Part shown: piece by piece, positions 9,936 through 21,661 of the stretch
Position numbering within the stretch: the stretch's first letter is position 1
How the letters are laid out: every line of letters begins with the position of its first letter
Source: Candidatus Methanoperedenaceae archaeon
GTDB lineage: Archaea; Halobacteriota; Methanosarcinia; Methanosarcinales; Methanoperedenaceae
Length of the DNA stretch: 64,000 bases
Direction: 5' to 3'
NCBI GenBank assembly: GCA_963753595.1
Contig: CAVWCX010000023.1
Span: 64,001-128,000, forward strand
Program-made: the position numbers and the translations under genes
Notes under the pieces: model-generated
The model's input: the letters and a program-made list of their open reading frames with translations, nothing else
What the model was told of the DNA's origin: nothing
Databases searched by the model: none

Positions 9936-12185
9936 TTATGTTCGTTCCTCCTCTGCTGCCAGTTCCGGTGTATTCCCGAAATCTTTTGTTATGCTTGTTA
10001 TGGAATTGGGGAGAATTACTCTATTTATCGCTGGTGTTGTAGGAATATATCCTGCCGGTATTTCCTCAGAAAGACGATAAATACCTGCCCGGATGTTACT
10101 TAATTCATAGTATCCTGAAGCATTTGTTTGAATATTCTTATTGATATTAACATCCGAGCAGACGTCCCTTCCATTTAGCTTTACAATCCGGTTAGACATT
10201 CCCGGTTCATTGGCTTCCTGCAGGCCATTGAAATTATTATCCTCGAACACATGCCCGCTTATTGTCGAATTCTGGCATTCCAGAACCCCCCACTTATGCG
10301 GGAAGAACCGTAAGGTGTCACTCTGAGAAACAATGAATCCCATGCTGCCCATCAAGTTTATCATATTGCCTTTATTCAATGGTATCGGGTAGTAGTCGGT
10401 GTTTCTCAACTCTATCGTTGAGGAATTTATTCCGGTTACCCTGAACACACCGAACCAATCGCCGACCCCGATATAAGTTACATTGGTATCTATTGCCCAT
10501 GTATATTTGAATTGTACCATATCTGATGTCGGGCCTGAGAATATGGCATCTACATAAGTCACGAACAGCGGAACATTTGATTCTCCTGCATGATTACTCC
10601 TGGCATATGTGTATATCTGGCCATTTTGCATTACTTTTTCAGATATAATTCCATCCTTGCTCAATGTAAACCAGACCTGTCTTGGATTACTTCTTGCGTC
10701 TATTGAATTTATGGTCATGCTCCAGCCCTGTCCGATATCCCAAGTCTCACCTGTTGTGAGTGTCTTTTTATCAGCTGAACCTTGCTCTATAACGAGCGTT
10801 GAAAGTTTGCCGATTTTATTCTTCACAGCGACATATTTCTCTCCCTGCCAGCCAATTATACTGTATTTGCCATCTTCAGAACTCATGTTTCCCGCCTGAA
10901 ACCCGCCAAGTCCTGCTTGTGCAGCAGCAGCATAGTTCCCATTGAAGCCATACTTTACGACATTTAGCATCTTGTTGGTGCTGTTTGTGGAATACCTGAG
11001 TTTGTCCTGAAGGATCGTTCTTGCCCCCACCAACGAGGGGCTATCAATGATTGTCACTTTTTCGTTTCCAAACTCGTCATTCAGGTCATAGAATAATCCG
11101 GGAAAGTTCTGGGGTTGCCATGAGACTATTCCAATTGAAAGGTTGAGATTCATTTTTTGACCTGTAGTTTCATTTGCTATCCTGCCGCTTAAATCACCGG
11201 TTGGATAAAATCTCAATGTTTCGGCATCCGCCACTTTGAAATTCAGAGTAGAAATCAGGTTAATTGTACTGCTTCTTGTAAGCGTCACAGGAAATTTTGA
11301 GTTTTTCATTTCAATAATTGATTCATCAGCTTTTGTAGTGTTAAATATGGAATATTCATCCCCTTTTTTCACTTCTTTGACAATCGTATCAATTAACCAG
11401 GTGTACTTCAAACGCACCTTATCTGATGTTGAACCAGAGTAGATAGCATCTACATAAGTCACGAACAGAGGAACATTTGATTCTCCCCCAAGATTACTCA
11501 TGACTTTTGTGTATAGATCGCCAGGTTGCGCTATTCCTTCATCTATTACAGCCCCATCCTTCCTCAATGTAAACCACATCTGTCTTGGATTGGTTCTTGC
11601 ATCGATGGCATTGACAGTCAACTCCCAGCCCTGGCCGAGAATCCAGGTCTCACCTGTCGTAAGCGTCTTATTATTACGTCCCTGCTCGAAAACGAGATTT
11701 GTTAGCTTGTTGGTTTTATTCTTCACAGCGACATGTTTTTGCATCTTCCAGCCCACAACCTTATATTTTCCGTCTTCAGAACTCATGCTGCCTGCCTGGA
11801 ACCCGCCAAGCCCTGCCTGTGCAGCAGCAGCATAGTTCCCATTAAAGCCATACTTTACGACATCTAGCATCATGTTATCGCCGCTTGTTGAATAAACAAG
11901 TTTATCAACATCTATCGTTCTATTTCCTATCAACGAAGCACTGTTAAGGATTGTCAGCTTTTCACTTCCAAGTTCATTATCCGTATCATAGAAAAACCCA
12001 TCAAAGTTGCTTCGGTTCCAGGATACTGTCCCACTCGAAAGGACAAGATAATCCTGTATGCCATCGGTCTCATTTGCAGTCTGCCCCCGACCTTCCAGTA
12101 TCGCGGCTTGTGCAGGTACTGTTGCCAAAAATAATCCCAGTACCACAAGTCCGGCGATCATTATTTTCATAATTCTTTGTATCAT
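9936..12185 (-). CDS. Secreted S-layer-family protein: two DUF1608 repeats plus a C-terminal SdrD-B/Cna-B-like domain, no obvious anchor
   Basis: Signal peptide; duplicated F.G.FYD, KTLTTGETW and TLRF(Y/F)P motifs; ISGHVFEDNNFNGLQEANEPG SdrD-B motif. Confidence 0.85.
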   Translation of the reverse strand: MIQRIMKIMIAGLVVLGLFLATVPAQAAILEGRGQTANETDGIQDYLVLSSGTVSWNRSNFDGFFYDTDNELGSEKLTILNSASLIGNRTIDVDKLVYSTSGDNMMLDVVKYGFNGNYAAAAQAGLGGFQAGSMSSEDGKYKVVGWKMQKHVAVKNKTNKLTNLVFEQGRNNKTLTTGETWILGQGWELTVNAIDARTNPRQMWFTLRKDGAVIDEGIAQPGDLYTKVMSNLGGESNVPLFVTYVDAIYSGSTSDKVRLKYTWLIDTIVKEVKKGDEYSIFNTTKADESIIEMKNSKFPVTLTRSSTINLISTLNFKVADAETLRFYPTGDLSGRIANETTGQKMNLNLSIGIVSWQPQNFPGLFYDLNDEFGNEKVTIIDSPSLVGARTILQDKLRYSTNSTNKMLNVVKYGFNGNYAAAAQAGLGGFQAGNMSSEDGKYSIIGWQGEKYVAVKNKIGKLSTLVIEQGSADKKTLTTGETWDIGQGWSMTINSIDARSNPRQVWFTLSKDGIISEKVMQNGQIYTYARSNHAGESNVPLFVTYVDAIFSGPTSDMVQFKYTWAIDTNVTYIGVGDWFGVFRVTGINSSTIELRNTDYYPIPLNKGNMINLMGSMGFIVSQSDTLRFFPHKWGVLECQNSTISGHVFEDNNFNGLQEANEPGMSNRIVKLNGRDVCSDVNINKNIQTNASGYYELSNIRAGIYRLSEEIPAGYIPTTPAINRVILPNSITSITKDFGNTPELAAEEERT

Positions 12186-12502
12186 ATTTTTTCCTCCGCC
12201 TTTTTACATTCATTCCATCTGTAAAATAAACAAGCCAGATTTCATATAATTGAGTTAAACTTAATTTTTTAATAGCTTGTCTATTTATAGACATGTTTTG
12301 CTTTTTACTTTTAAATACTTTTCGGTCAAGTTTAAGCTGTGTAGAGTACGGAAATTATTTCGCCGGGATTTTCCATTGGAAAAAAATTTTTATGTATCAT
12401 CAAGAGTATAGAGCAATTGGTGAAAATGAAGAAAAATATGAAAGAAAGATGCTGAAAAAATCAGCGAAAAAATATCGGGATTATATAATAATATTTTATT
12501 TC

Positions 12503-13234
12503 TTACATCTCTCCCTTTTTCTCTTTTACCTTCTGCACAAGGTCAAAAATCTCATCGACATTTTCCCCGACAACGCACAGAGTGATCGAGCCTTCACCGC
12601 CATTTATCCCTCCTGCTCCTATCGCAAAAGCATCATCGGCGCCAAGCAGCATCAATGCTTCCGTTTCAGTGATAACTTCACCGAACAGCGGCATCATGCC
12701 CACTGGTAGCCCCATGGCTTTACTGCATCGCTGGATTCCGATGGTTTTTGATATCTCTATTACCGAATAAGGAATTGATTTTTCAAGGCCGACCGGAATT
12801 ACAAGATTAATGCCTTTTGCCATCACAATTCCCATGAAACCACCAGTCGTTCCACCAACCGGATTTGCCATCATGACACCTGCAACCCCATCCGGGTCAA
12901 GTGCATTTGCTCCCTTAATAACAACATCACTGGATATCATCTCATTCAGGATAGTATCTGCATTTACAATTTCTCCATCTTTAAGTGCAATTGCAGGCAG
13001 GCGCTTATCGTTCGGAACAACAGATGCAGTTTCGCCAATGTAACCTGCTGCATATCTGAAATGGTCTACCTTCCGGCCAGTAAGTTCTTCTGCAACATAT
13101 GCATTTGTCGTGCCAAGGGTAATCAAAATAATTCCCTTTTCAAGCGCTTTCTGGATAACCGGGAGATTTTTAACTCCCATTGCTATGATCCTTTTAGATT
13201 CGGGGGGTGTAAGTGTGATCTGTATCTGTTTCAT
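12503..13234 (-). CDS. Conserved hypothetical protein (TLGTTNAYV / KGANALD / PVGLEK family)
   Basis: Long ORF with natural composition; likely start MKQIQITL. Confidence 0.75.
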   Translation of the reverse strand: MKQIQITLTPPESKRIIAMGVKNLPVIQKALEKGIILITLGTTNAYVAEELTGRKVDHFRYAAGYIGETASVVPNDKRLPAIALKDGEIVNADTILNEMISSDVVIKGANALDPDGVAGVMMANPVGGTTGGFMGIVMAKGINLVIPVGLEKSIPYSVIEISKTIGIQRCSKAMGLPVGMMPLFGEVITETEALMLLGADDAFAIGAGGINGGEGSITLCVVGENVDEIFDLVQKVKEKKGEM

Positions 13235-13525
13235 GAATTCGTCACCGAATCTACATAATACCTGTGAGTATAAAAATTTGACAGATGGAGTGAATATCTT
13301 TTTCTTTTGGGTTAAAAAAATAGTGATTTTATACAATTATTTTGACCTGATAGTTATTATCATTATTATTAAAATTTTAATAGATAAATTTAAATAACAA
13401 TATAACTAAACTCAAGATTGTGTGTCAAACCCGACATGTTGGATTCACTGCAAATTGATTAAAATCAACAAAGAGGCCAACAACTCGAGGAAGTATGAAA
13501 TGAATGGATAAAAGGAGGTTTCAAA

Positions 13526-13786
13526 ATGGGAATATATGCATGGATGCAACCAGTGGATAGGATATGGAAGGTAGTTTCAGATCCGGAAAAAGGGACACTT
13601 CTCGTATATAATGAGAAAAATGAGTTGATCCTGGACCAAAAAGGAATGACTAAAGAAGAAGTATCCTTCATCGAGGATAATTTCCTCCAGATAGTTGCCA
13701 CAAATCTCAATGCGGATAAAGTGAGCCCGCCTCAGGTAACTGAAGTAGCAAAGCCAGTCCGTGAAGTTAATTACATGTATGCGTGA
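13526..13786 (+). CDS. Small hypothetical protein
   Basis: 86-aa ORF with a strong AGGAGG RBS 6 nt upstream. Confidence 0.7.
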   Translation: MGIYAWMQPVDRIWKVVSDPEKGTLLVYNEKNELILDQKGMTKEEVSFIEDNFLQIVATNLNADKVSPPQVTEVAKPVREVNYMYA

Positions 13787-13835
13787 TATTTGGAAAAGGG
13801 ATAGCGTTCATTTGGATTCATGGACGGCATTATCC

Positions 13836-14589
13836 TTATTTCGATGCCATTTTTATTTCAGTTACAAGTGATTTCAAAACGCTGTCCCTGATAATATTGG
13901 CTTCAAGGCTTGTCCGTATCCTGGGGCGCGTCAATTTTACATCGAATATCTCTTTAACCTTACCAGGCCGGGCTGACATGACAACCACTTTATCAGCCAG
14001 ATAAACCGCTTCATCAACACTATGGGTAACAAAAAGTACGCTTATGTGTTCTGTCTCCCATATCCTGAGTAATTCACCCTGCATGAGATTTCTTGTTTGC
14101 GCATCAAGCGCCCCGAAAGGTTCATCCATCAACAGAAGCTTGGGGTTATTTGCATAAGCCCGCGCGATCCCGACTCTTTGTTTCATTCCCCCTGACAATT
14201 CATTGGGGTAATGGCTCTCAAACCCGCTTAAACCTACAAGGTCGATATAATGTTTTGAGATATTTTCACATTCTGCTTTAGTCATTCCTTTTACCTGGGG
14301 TCCGAATTCGATATTCGCTTTGACGGTTCTCCATGGGAATAGTGCGTATTCCTGGAACACAAAACCACATTCCTTATTTACCCCGTTTATTTTATTACTA
14401 TCGAGCGATATTGATCCCATCATCCGGCGCAACAAGCCCGGCAGCAAGACGAAGTACAGTGGTTTTTCCGCATCCGCTGGGGCCAAGAAGGCATACAAAC
14501 TCCCCATCTGCAACTTCAAAATTTACATCAAGAAGCGCCTGGAAATTATTGAATTTCTTGGAAACCGACTTCAAGATCAATCTACCCAA
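13836..14589 (-). CDS. ABC transporter ATP-binding subunit (NrtD/TauB/SsuB type), frameshift near 14418
   Basis: GPSGCGKT in ORF 14398..14769; LSGGMKQR, LLMDEPFGALD and VTHS in ORF 13836..14519. Confidence 0.9.
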
Positions 14590-15383
14590 TTTATGAACCT
14601 CCTCTGCAAAAGAAGAATGCTGATATTCATAATATATCCGATCACGCCTATTACTATCATTCCTGCAACCATTTCCGAATAGCGGCCAAGGTCTCCCATG
14701 TTCCAGATAAAATAACCAAGGCCGACAGGACTCCTTATGACCATCTCGGCTGCAACAATTGCCATCCAACCCACGCCAAGGCCGATCCTTAATCCTGTCA
14801 TAATGGATGGAAACGCTGACGGAATAACTACTTTTTTTACGATCATTGATTCTGAAGCCCCAAGTGTTTTCGCAGCATCGATCAATCGTGGGTCTGTTGA
14901 TTTTACTCCCTGGATGGTATTAAGGATTATTGGAAAAACAACACCAATAAAAACAATAAATATCGATCCGCCTGAAACGAAAATAAATATTGAAAGCGGT
15001 ATCCATGCCATGGGAGGCATATTGCGAACGATTTCAATTATAGGATTAAATAAATTTCCCAGGAACTTTGAATATCCTACACCAATCCCTACAGGTACTC
15101 CGATGATAAATGCAATTATCCCACCTTCTATCACCCTCTGGAGACTGGCATAAACGTGATTGATTATACCGTAAGTGAGGGACGGGCCATATATTCTTGT
15201 AAACATCGAATCAACAAGCGCATACCATGTTTCAACAGGTGTGGGGATGTCCCGGAGGCGAATGAACGGAATATTGAAAATATCATTCCTTGCAAGTATT
15301 ACAAGTATCTGCCAGACAAAAGCAAAAATGATAAGGGAAAAGATGTTTATTAACAATCCTCTTTTCCCGGCATCGAATTTCAT
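14577..15383 (-). CDS. ABC transporter permease (NrtB/TauC/SsuC type)
   Basis: Multiple TMs, EAA-like loop DAAKTLGAS, and AAEM motif. Confidence 0.9.
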   Translation of the reverse strand: MKFDAGKRGLLINIFSLIIFAFVWQILVILARNDIFNIPFIRLRDIPTPVETWYALVDSMFTRIYGPSLTYGIINHVYASLQRVIEGGIIAFIIGVPVGIGVGYSKFLGNLFNPIIEIVRNMPPMAWIPLSIFIFVSGGSIFIVFIGVVFPIILNTIQGVKSTDPRLIDAAKTLGASESMIVKKVVIPSAFPSIMTGLRIGLGVGWMAIVAAEMVIRSPVGLGYFIWNMGDLGRYSEMVAGMIVIGVIGYIMNISILLLQRRFINWVD

Positions 15384-16483
15384 TAATAACTGACCTTAAG
15401 TCCTTCCTTTTCGGCCTCCATAAGGAAAAGGACATGCTGTATCGTCCCTTGTCCGGGGAATCCAACGGTCTTTCCCTGCAGGTCCTTTAATGAAGTTATG
15501 TTTTTACCAACAACTATGACCGAACCTTCATTGTTCATCCCTGCGATAACACCGACCCTGGCATCATCGTTGGAAAAATCATTGCTGTTGATCCGGTGGA
15601 TAATTACCGGAGGTATTCCAAGACTACCTACATCAACCGTATTTCCTTTAAAGCCTTTCTGCATTTCAAAAGCGCCATTCTGGAACGGAGCTCCTTCGGC
15701 TATGACAATATTTATCCCTAAATCCCGATAATATCCTCTTTGCCATCCTACATAGAATGGAAGTTCATGGATATCATTTACAAGATAAGCATATCGAATG
15801 TTTACAGGTTCTTTCAATGCGATCCTGGTAACATTTTCATCTTTATTATTGACCGCCCAGTCGACATAATCGTTGGTTACAAGCGAATTGGCATAATCAG
15901 AAGCATTTTTGTATCCTGACTGGTTCCATTTCGCCATGTCAAAAATTCCAAAATCCTCTATCCTCTGGATAAATATAGTAGTTCCGGCCACATTTGTATT
16001 GTAAACGAATTCAACGTCAACAAGGCTCAGGTTTGCAGCGGCCGGGTCTGTCATCCCGCCAAATTGCATTGTATAATTTATTAGTTGGTCATGGTCAGGT
16101 GAATCGCTTTGCTTGGCATTATTGATATATTCGACTGACTTTAACTGCACAAGTGCCATTCGCTTCAGGATATCGTCAGAATTATTGGTCTTCTTATACC
16201 AGTCGTCATCATAGGCTACAACACAGCAGGGATGATCAGTCCATATTTTTCCTGAAAATATCAGGTTTTTCCCATATCCTTTGGTTACAGCTATTGCAGG
16301 ATAAGGTTCCCACATAATGAATCCGGCAATTTCACCTGTTCCCAATCTCTGTATCATTTCCTGACCGCTCATTTTCACAAGGTTAATAGGCTCACTAACT
16401 TCAGGAGTTTTTTTACTTTCAAGGCATCCAGCTACAAAAATTGCTATAATGACCACAAATAAGATCTTCACCAAATTTTTCAT
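15383..16483 (-). CDS. ABC substrate-binding lipoprotein (NrtA/TauA/SsuA type), motif order circularly permuted
   Basis: Lipobox VAGC; WEP and HPCC motifs precede GSVIVV...DLQGKTVG. Confidence 0.8.
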   Translation of the reverse strand: MKNLVKILFVVIIAIFVAGCLESKKTPEVSEPINLVKMSGQEMIQRLGTGEIAGFIMWEPYPAIAVTKGYGKNLIFSGKIWTDHPCCVVAYDDDWYKKTNNSDDILKRMALVQLKSVEYINNAKQSDSPDHDQLINYTMQFGGMTDPAAANLSLVDVEFVYNTNVAGTTIFIQRIEDFGIFDMAKWNQSGYKNASDYANSLVTNDYVDWAVNNKDENVTRIALKEPVNIRYAYLVNDIHELPFYVGWQRGYYRDLGINIVIAEGAPFQNGAFEMQKGFKGNTVDVGSLGIPPVIIHRINSNDFSNDDARVGVIAGMNNEGSVIVVGKNITSLKDLQGKTVGFPGQGTIQHVLFLMEAEKEGLKVSY

Positions 16484-16655
16484 GTTCTACCTCAATAAAA
16501 TTCAATCAACTATTAATCAATATATAGATTCAAATATCGCTATTTAATGGTTTCCGTTTTTTCATGAAAAACCGTTTTTTGTGCCTAATAATTCGCAATC
16601 ATATACACTTAAGTCCGCAAACAACAACTATTTATTATGATGTGACAATGTAGAT

Positions 16656-16904
16656 ATGGTGGTAAATGTGCCATATAAAACGATAAAGATCAGGGATGAA
16701 ACATACGAAAATATAAACGTCTTAGTAGGTGACCTGATGAAAGAACTGAAAAGACCGGTATCCATGGATGAAGCGTTGAGATATTTGCTCAAATGCAGGA
16801 AGAATAAGCCAAGTACGTTCGCTGGCGGCTGGAAAATTGATGAAGTGGAAATTGAAGGAATCAAAAGGGAATTAAAGGAAAGCTGGAAAAGATGGGAATT
16901 GTAA
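16656..16904 (+). CDS. Antitoxin (VapB-like)
   Basis: Small KTIKIRDETYE DNA-binding-type ORF overlapping the PIN toxin gene. Confidence 0.75.
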   Translation: MVVNVPYKTIKIRDETYENINVLVGDLMKELKRPVSMDEALRYLLKCRKNKPSTFAGGWKIDEVEIEGIKRELKESWKRWEL

Positions 16905-17284
16905 TAGATACCGATATACTGATTGACCTTCTCAGGGATAGGGAATACGCGGTCAGAAAGATAAAAGAGCTTGAGAAAAACGAAGAACTTTTCACCACGG
17001 ATATAAACGCCTTCGAGCTGTACTTCGGAGCCTATAATTCCAGGGATAAGGAAAGGAATATCGCAGCAACTAAAGGCCTTCTTAAAACTATGCTGCTGCT
17101 CCACACGCAGGAGGAGAGCATGGAGACGGCCGGAAGGATTTTCGCGCAAAGAAAGAGCAAAGGAAAAATGATTGAGATCAGGGACTTGCTCATAGCTGCA
17201 ATTACCCTGCAGAATGGATGCAGGCTTTTCACAAATAATAAAGACCATTTTGAAGGGATTGAGGGATTGTCTCTTCATGATTAA
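16892..17284 (+). CDS. vapC: VapC PIN-domain ribonuclease toxin
   Basis: IDTDILID, EL, DLLIAA and TNNKDHF PIN motifs. Confidence 0.9.
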   Translation: MGIVIDTDILIDLLRDREYAVRKIKELEKNEELFTTDINAFELYFGAYNSRDKERNIAATKGLLKTMLLLHTQEESMETAGRIFAQRKSKGKMIEIRDLLIAAITLQNGCRLFTNNKDHFEGIEGLSLHD

Positions 17285-17396
17285 GAATTATACGAACATT
17301 TCATGTCTCAAATGAAGACAGTTTAAATTATTTGTTATTCACGATGGATACAATTAATAATACATCTTCCCATTTAGCCTGAAAAACAGAGGTAAA

Positions 17397-20300
17397 ATGC
17401 CAAAAAGATCCGACATCAAGAAAGTACTGCTTATAGGTTCAGGCCCTATAATGATAGGACAGGGGGCAGAATTTGATTTTTCAGGCAGCCAGGCATGCCG
17501 CTCCCTTCGGGAAGAGGGAATAAAAGTCGTTCTGGTCAATAGCAATCCTGCAACCATTATGACAGATACCGATATGGCAGATGCGGTTTACATCGAACCC
17601 CTTGAACCTGAGATCGTGTCAAAGATCATTGAAAAAGAACGTCCTGATGGCATAATTGCGGGTCTTGGCGGGCAGACAGGCCTTAATCTTACTTCTGAAC
17701 TTGCAGAATTAGGAGTGCTTGAAAAATTCGGCGTGGAGCTTCTTGGCACATCATTGCAGGCGATCAAGGACTCGGAAGACAGGGATCTCTTCAAGAGAAA
17801 AATGATTAGCATCGGTGAAAAAGTCCCGCGCTCAAAAGCTGTGAACACACTTGAAGATGCTGAGGCGCTGATAGAAGAACTTGGTCTTCCGCTTATCATA
17901 CGTCCTGCATACACTCTCGGAGGCGCAGGAGGAGGTATCGCATATACCCGGGAAGAGCTTCTTGAAATAACCGAGCGGGGACTTAAACGTTCACGGATAA
18001 ACCAGGTACTTATCGAAGAGAGCATTATGGGCTGGAAGGAATTTGAGTATGAGGTCATGCGTGACAAGAACGATACCTGTATTGTTATATGCAATATGGA
18101 AAACATAGACCCGATGGGCATACATACGGGTGAATCGATCGTAGTAACGCCTTCCCAGACGCTTTCGGATAATGATCACCAGAAACTTCGAAGCACATCT
18201 ATTAAGATCATAAGGGCCCTTGGAATTGAAGGGGGATGCAATATCCAGTTCGCTGTGCGCGATGATGAGGTTCGGATCGTGGAAGTCAATCCGCGTGTTT
18301 CACGCTCATCGGCTCTCGCGTCAAAAGCAACAGGTTACCCGATAGCCCGCGTAACTGCAAAGATCGCTATCGGTATGACGCTTGATGAAATAACCAACGA
18401 TATCACCAAGAAAACACCCGCCTCTTTTGAACCCACTATTGACTATACTGTCGTCAAGATACCACGCTGGCCATTTGACAAATTCGTGACTGCTGATAAG
18501 CATCTTACCACTGCCATGAAAAGCACGGGAGAAGTAATGGCTATCGGGCGTACTATTGAAGAAGCGCTCCAGAAAGCTGTACGCTCACTTGAAGTGGATA
18601 TGGACTTCGGCTTTAAGGAATGGAGCAAGGAGGAGAGACTTGATATCCTGCGCCATCCCACTCATGAACGCCTGTTCGTCATTTACCAGGAATTACGCGA
18701 TGGAATGCCGGCTGATGAGATTTCACGAATTACCAGCATCGATCCCTTCTTTATCCGAAAGATCCAGAATATTATTGATATCGAGGACACAGTAAAAGCC
18801 GACCTGTCTCCGGTCAATCTCAGGAAAGCCAAACGCATGGGCATAAGCGATGAAAGAATAGCGTTTTTGACAGAAAAGACCCGCGAAGAAATAAACGATA
18901 TGCGAAGGCACAATTGTATCATTCCAACATATAAGATGGTTGATACATGCGCAGCAGAATTTGAAGCCGCAACCCCATATTATTATTCGACGTATGAAGA
19001 ACAATGCGAAGATATCCCTTCGAATAAGAAGAAAGTCCTCATAATTGGTTCAGGTCCGATCCGTATCGGCCAGGGGATTGAGTTTGACTACTGTACGGTT
19101 CATGCGGTAACGGCGCTTCGCGAGATGGGGATAGAGACCCATATATTGAACAATAATCCTGAAACAGTTTCTACGGATTACGATACATCAGACAAATTAT
19201 TCTTTGAGCCGTTGACGCTTGAAGATGTCATGAATGTGATTGACAGGGAACGCCCCTTTGGTGTAATGGTGCAGTTCGGGGGGCAGACATCGGTGAACCT
19301 TGCCATACCCCTTAAGAAAGAACTTGACAGGAGAACTGACATTAAAACGGTCATCCTGGGAACCACGCCTGATGATATGGATGTCGCGGAGGACAGGGGA
19401 CGTTTTAATGCAATGATGAAAAAACTTGGCATATTCCAGCCTGAAGCGGGATGCGCTACAAATTATTCACAGGCTTTCAATGAAGCTAAAAGGATCGGAT
19501 ATCCTGTACTCGTGCGACCATCATACGTTCTTGGAGGACGAGCCATGGAGATCGTATATGATGAACGCGACCTTGACCGCTACCTGAAAGAAGCGGTAAA
19601 GGTCTCAAATGAGCATCCAGTGCTTATCGATGATTTCCTTGATAATGCCGTTGAAATAGATGTTGATGCAATTTGTGACGGCAAGGATGTGCTGATCGGC
19701 GCGATAATGGAACACATTGAAGAAGCAGGCATCCATTCCGGGGATTCGGCCTGTGTAATACCTCCGCAATCCCTCAAGCCTGAGATCATAGCGATTGTTC
19801 GCGATTATGTGAAAAAGATCGCCCTTGCCCTGCATGTAGTGGGGATCATTAACATCCAGATGGCGACAAAGAACGGAATCGTTTATGTTCTTGAAGCAAA
19901 TCCCAGATCAAGCCGCACTATACCATTTGTGAGCAAGGCGACAGGGGTCCCGCTTGCTAAAATCGCTGCAAGGGTTATGGCAGGGCACACGTTGAAAGAG
20001 CTTGGGATCACGGGTGATGTTACTCCAAAACACGTTTCTGTAAAAGAGGTTCTCCTGCCGTTTGATAAATTACCGGGCGCTGATCCGTTGCTTGGGCCTG
20101 AGATGAAAAGCACAGGAGAAGTGATGGGAATAGACTACGACTTCGGAAAGGCGTTCTACAAGGCCGAATGGGCGGGAGATAATAAACTTCCTATGTCAGG
20201 AACCGTTTTCATGTCGATACGCGGTGCCGATAAATCGCTAATTGTCGGAGTAGCAAGGAAAATGCAGGAAGCTGGACTTCATATCCTGGGTACCCAGGGA

Positions 20301-20600
20301 ACAGCGCAGTTCCTGTCTGACAGGGGAATAAAGATAGAAGTCATAAACAAGGTCAGTGAAGGCTCACCAAATGTAGTAGACTTGATCCATAATAAGAAAG
20401 TAGACCTGATAATAAATACTCCAACAAGCAAGGAGGCTGTTAAAGATGGTTTCCAGATACGGCGAGCAGCTGTTGATTTCAGTGTGCCTTATATCACAAC
20501 GATACAGGGTGCGCTTGCTGCCGGCGATGCCATAGAAGCAATGAACAAGGGTGAAATTTCAATAAAATCGCTTGGTGAATACCATTATCAAAAAGCTTAA
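17397..20600 (+). CDS. carB: Carbamoyl-phosphate synthase large subunit
   Basis: [18 protein letters not shown], duplicated ATP-grasp domains and MGS domain. Confidence 0.98.
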   Translation: MPKRSDIKKVLLIGSGPIMIGQGAEFDFSGSQACRSLREEGIKVVLVNSNPATIMTDTDMADAVYIEPLEPEIVSKIIEKERPDGIIAGLGGQTGLNLTSELAELGVLEKFGVELLGTSLQAIKDSEDRDLFKRKMISIGEKVPRSKAVNTLEDAEALIEELGLPLIIRPAYTLGGAGGGIAYTREELLEITERGLKRSRINQVLIEESIMGWKEFEYEVMRDKNDTCIVICNMENIDPMGIHTGESIVVTPSQTLSDNDHQKLRSTSIKIIRALGIEGGCNIQFAVRDDEVRIVEVNPRVSRSSALASKATGYPIARVTAKIAIGMTLDEITNDITKKTPASFEPTIDYTVVKIPRWPFDKFVTADKHLTTAMKSTGEVMAIGRTIEEALQKAVRSLEVDMDFGFKEWSKEERLDILRHPTHERLFVIYQELRDGMPADEISRITSIDPFFIRKIQNIIDIEDTVKADLSPVNLRKAKRMGISDERIAFLTEKTREEINDMRRHNCIIPTYKMVDTCAAEFEAATPYYYSTYEEQCEDIPSNKKKVLIIGSGPIRIGQGIEFDYCTVHAVTALREMGIETHILNNNPETVSTDYDTSDKLFFEPLTLEDVMNVIDRERPFGVMVQFGGQTSVNLAIPLKKELDRRTDIKTVILGTTPDDMDVAEDRGRFNAMMKKLGIFQPEAGCATNYSQAFNEAKRIGYPVLVRPSYVLGGRAMEIVYDERDLDRYLKEAVKVSNEHPVLIDDFLDNAVEIDVDAICDGKDVLIGAIMEHIEEAGIHSGDSACVIPPQSLKPEIIAIVRDYVKKIALALHVVGIINIQMATKNGIVYVLEANPRSSRTIPFVSKATGVPLAKIAARVMAGHTLKELGITGDVTPKHVSVKEVLLPFDKLPGADPLLGPEMKSTGEVMGIDYDFGKAFYKAEWAGDNKLPMSGTVFMSIRGADKSLIVGVARKMQEAGLHILGTQGTAQFLSDRGIKIEVINKVSEGSPNVVDLIHNKKVDLIINTPTSKEAVKDGFQIRRAAVDFSVPYITTIQGALAAGDAIEAMNKGEISIKSLGEYHYQKA

Positions 20601-20634
20601 ATCAAAGTACGCCTTTACAGGTTCGCTTGACAAT

Positions 20635-20707
20635 GCCGCCATAACTCAGTTGGTAGAGTGCCTGGCTGTTAACCAGGATGTCACAGGTTCGAGCCCTGTT
20701 GGTGGCG
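20635..20707 (+). tRNA. tRNA-Asn(GTT)
   Basis: Acceptor GCCGCCA/TGGTGGC, anticodon arm CCTGG-CTGTTAA-CCAGG, T loop GTTCGAG. Confidence 0.95.
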
Positions 20708-20750
20708 CTCTAGTATTTAATTCGTTCAATTAAACCACAATGATTTTTGA

Positions 20751-20825
20751 GGGCCTGTAGCTTAGTCAGGTTTGAGCGCCCGGCTCATAACCGGGCGGTC
20801 ACCGGTTCAAATCCGGTCAGGCCCA
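20751..20825 (+). tRNA. tRNA with CAT anticodon, probably tRNA-Ile2 (agmatidine-modified)
   Basis: Acceptor GGGCCTG/CAGGCCC, anticodon arm CCCGG-CTCATAA-CCGGG, no intron. The GGGCC start fits archaeal Ile2 rather than initiator Met. Confidence 0.85.
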
Positions 20826-20897
20826 CTAGATATTTTATTTAATGAATACTCCAAAGTAATCCAGGTTGAAAAAAAAAGATTCTAAACCGCAATTCTA

Positions 20898-21503
20898 TTA
20901 TTTTTTTCGTAATACTAACATTGCAATGGCAAAAGCAGCAAGAATTGCCTCAAAGCCCGAAGTTTTCTGAGCTTGTGTTGAGGATTGGGTTGATGATTGG
21001 GTTGCAGAGGATTCTGATTGAGTTGAACCGGATGTTGAAGGCGGTTCAACTTTTACTTTTAAATTCATTTCCACCTGGTCAAGAGGCGATCCGCCTCCTT
21101 TTGGCACATCTGTATTATCTAATACCAGATGATAATCTCCTGCGTCCTGGAATGTATATGTGTACTTTATAACTCTTTCACTTATTATAGAACCATCAGG
21201 AATATAGTTGATATTTCCCCTTTGTGCAATGGCATTCTTATAATTCTCAAAATCGGCTGGTTTCATTAACAAAACATCAATATCATTGCCAGTCGCAACC
21301 TGTATTTCAACATTGAGTATAGATCCAGCTTCTATTTCCTCAAGGAAGACATCATTATATTTGTTTAGATTTATTAAAACTGTTTTATCGATATTTATTG
21401 TTTTCGCAGATGAGATGCCGCTTAATGTAATCAATAACAAAAAAGCTATTCCTGTGTATATCAGATATCTCCGATAACCTTTCATTTCTTTTTTTCCGGT
21501 CAT
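20898..21503 (-). CDS. Secreted beta-sandwich protein with Ser/Thr linker and PGF-CTERM-like anchor
   Basis: Signal peptide; C-terminal TSGFEAILAAFAIAMLVLRKK. Confidence 0.75.
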   Translation of the reverse strand: MTGKKEMKGYRRYLIYTGIAFLLLITLSGISSAKTINIDKTVLINLNKYNDVFLEEIEAGSILNVEIQVATGNDIDVLLMKPADFENYKNAIAQRGNINYIPDGSIISERVIKYTYTFQDAGDYHLVLDNTDVPKGGGSPLDQVEMNLKVKVEPPSTSGSTQSESSATQSSTQSSTQAQKTSGFEAILAAFAIAMLVLRKK

Positions 21504-21661
21504 AATTTATATCACCTGTTAAAAGTGTATGATAATTTATAGTGCTTCAGTTTATAAAAGTTTCCCTTTGCTTTATACCATTGGTTAAGTATATATCTTA
21601 ATACAGAAATAAAAAGTCATTAGATTGGAGTACAAGGAAAACATTTACAAGGAGATTTTTA

